Below, in pieces: positions 63,964 to 64,000 of a stretch of 64,000 nucleotides of DNA. This stretch comes from Eledone cirrhosa (taxonomy: Eukaryota). The stretch covers positions 9,548,001 through 9,612,000 of the forward strand of contig OZ024746.1 of assembly GCA_964016885.1 (NCBI GenBank). Direction: 5' to 3'. Under the pieces are notes generated by a model. It did no database searches and was not told the origin of the DNA. It saw only the letters and a program-made list of their open reading frames with translations. Every line of letters begins with the position of its first letter. Position 1 is the stretch's first letter. A program made the position numbers and the translations under genes.

Positions 63964-64000
63964 CAGATTTGTTTTATAAATAAATATTGACATACCCGGA

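Overview
AT-rich, microsatellite-dense eukaryotic DNA. The SINE and RTE repeat families suggest a coleoid cephalopod, most likely Octopus (inference from repeat recognition). The only supported host coding sequence is one 246-nt exon (20743-20988, +) of a T-type (Cav3, CACNA1G/H/I-like) calcium channel alpha-1 subunit. Its 5' boundary is a minor-spliceosome (U12) acceptor (TTTTCCTTAAC branch site, then AC), and its 3' boundary is a standard GTAAGT donor. I found no neighbouring exon, so the window appears to be two very long introns (>20.7 kb and >43 kb). These introns contain two tRNA-derived SINE families, RTE/R4-Dong/CR1-type LINE remnants, mariner and TTAA-MITE remnants, a Helentron-like element and an 81-bp minisatellite. 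The most striking hidden signal is a set of type I hammerhead ribozymes of the Penelope-like-element kind. Canonical-looking copies lie at 44290-44344 (+) and 63898-63963 (-), and a back-to-back pair sits inside a perfect 232-bp palindrome at 40568-40799. There is also a family of (TA)n-embedded fold-back elements built from mirrored hammerhead halves. Almost all ORFs in the track are microsatellite or repeat artefacts.
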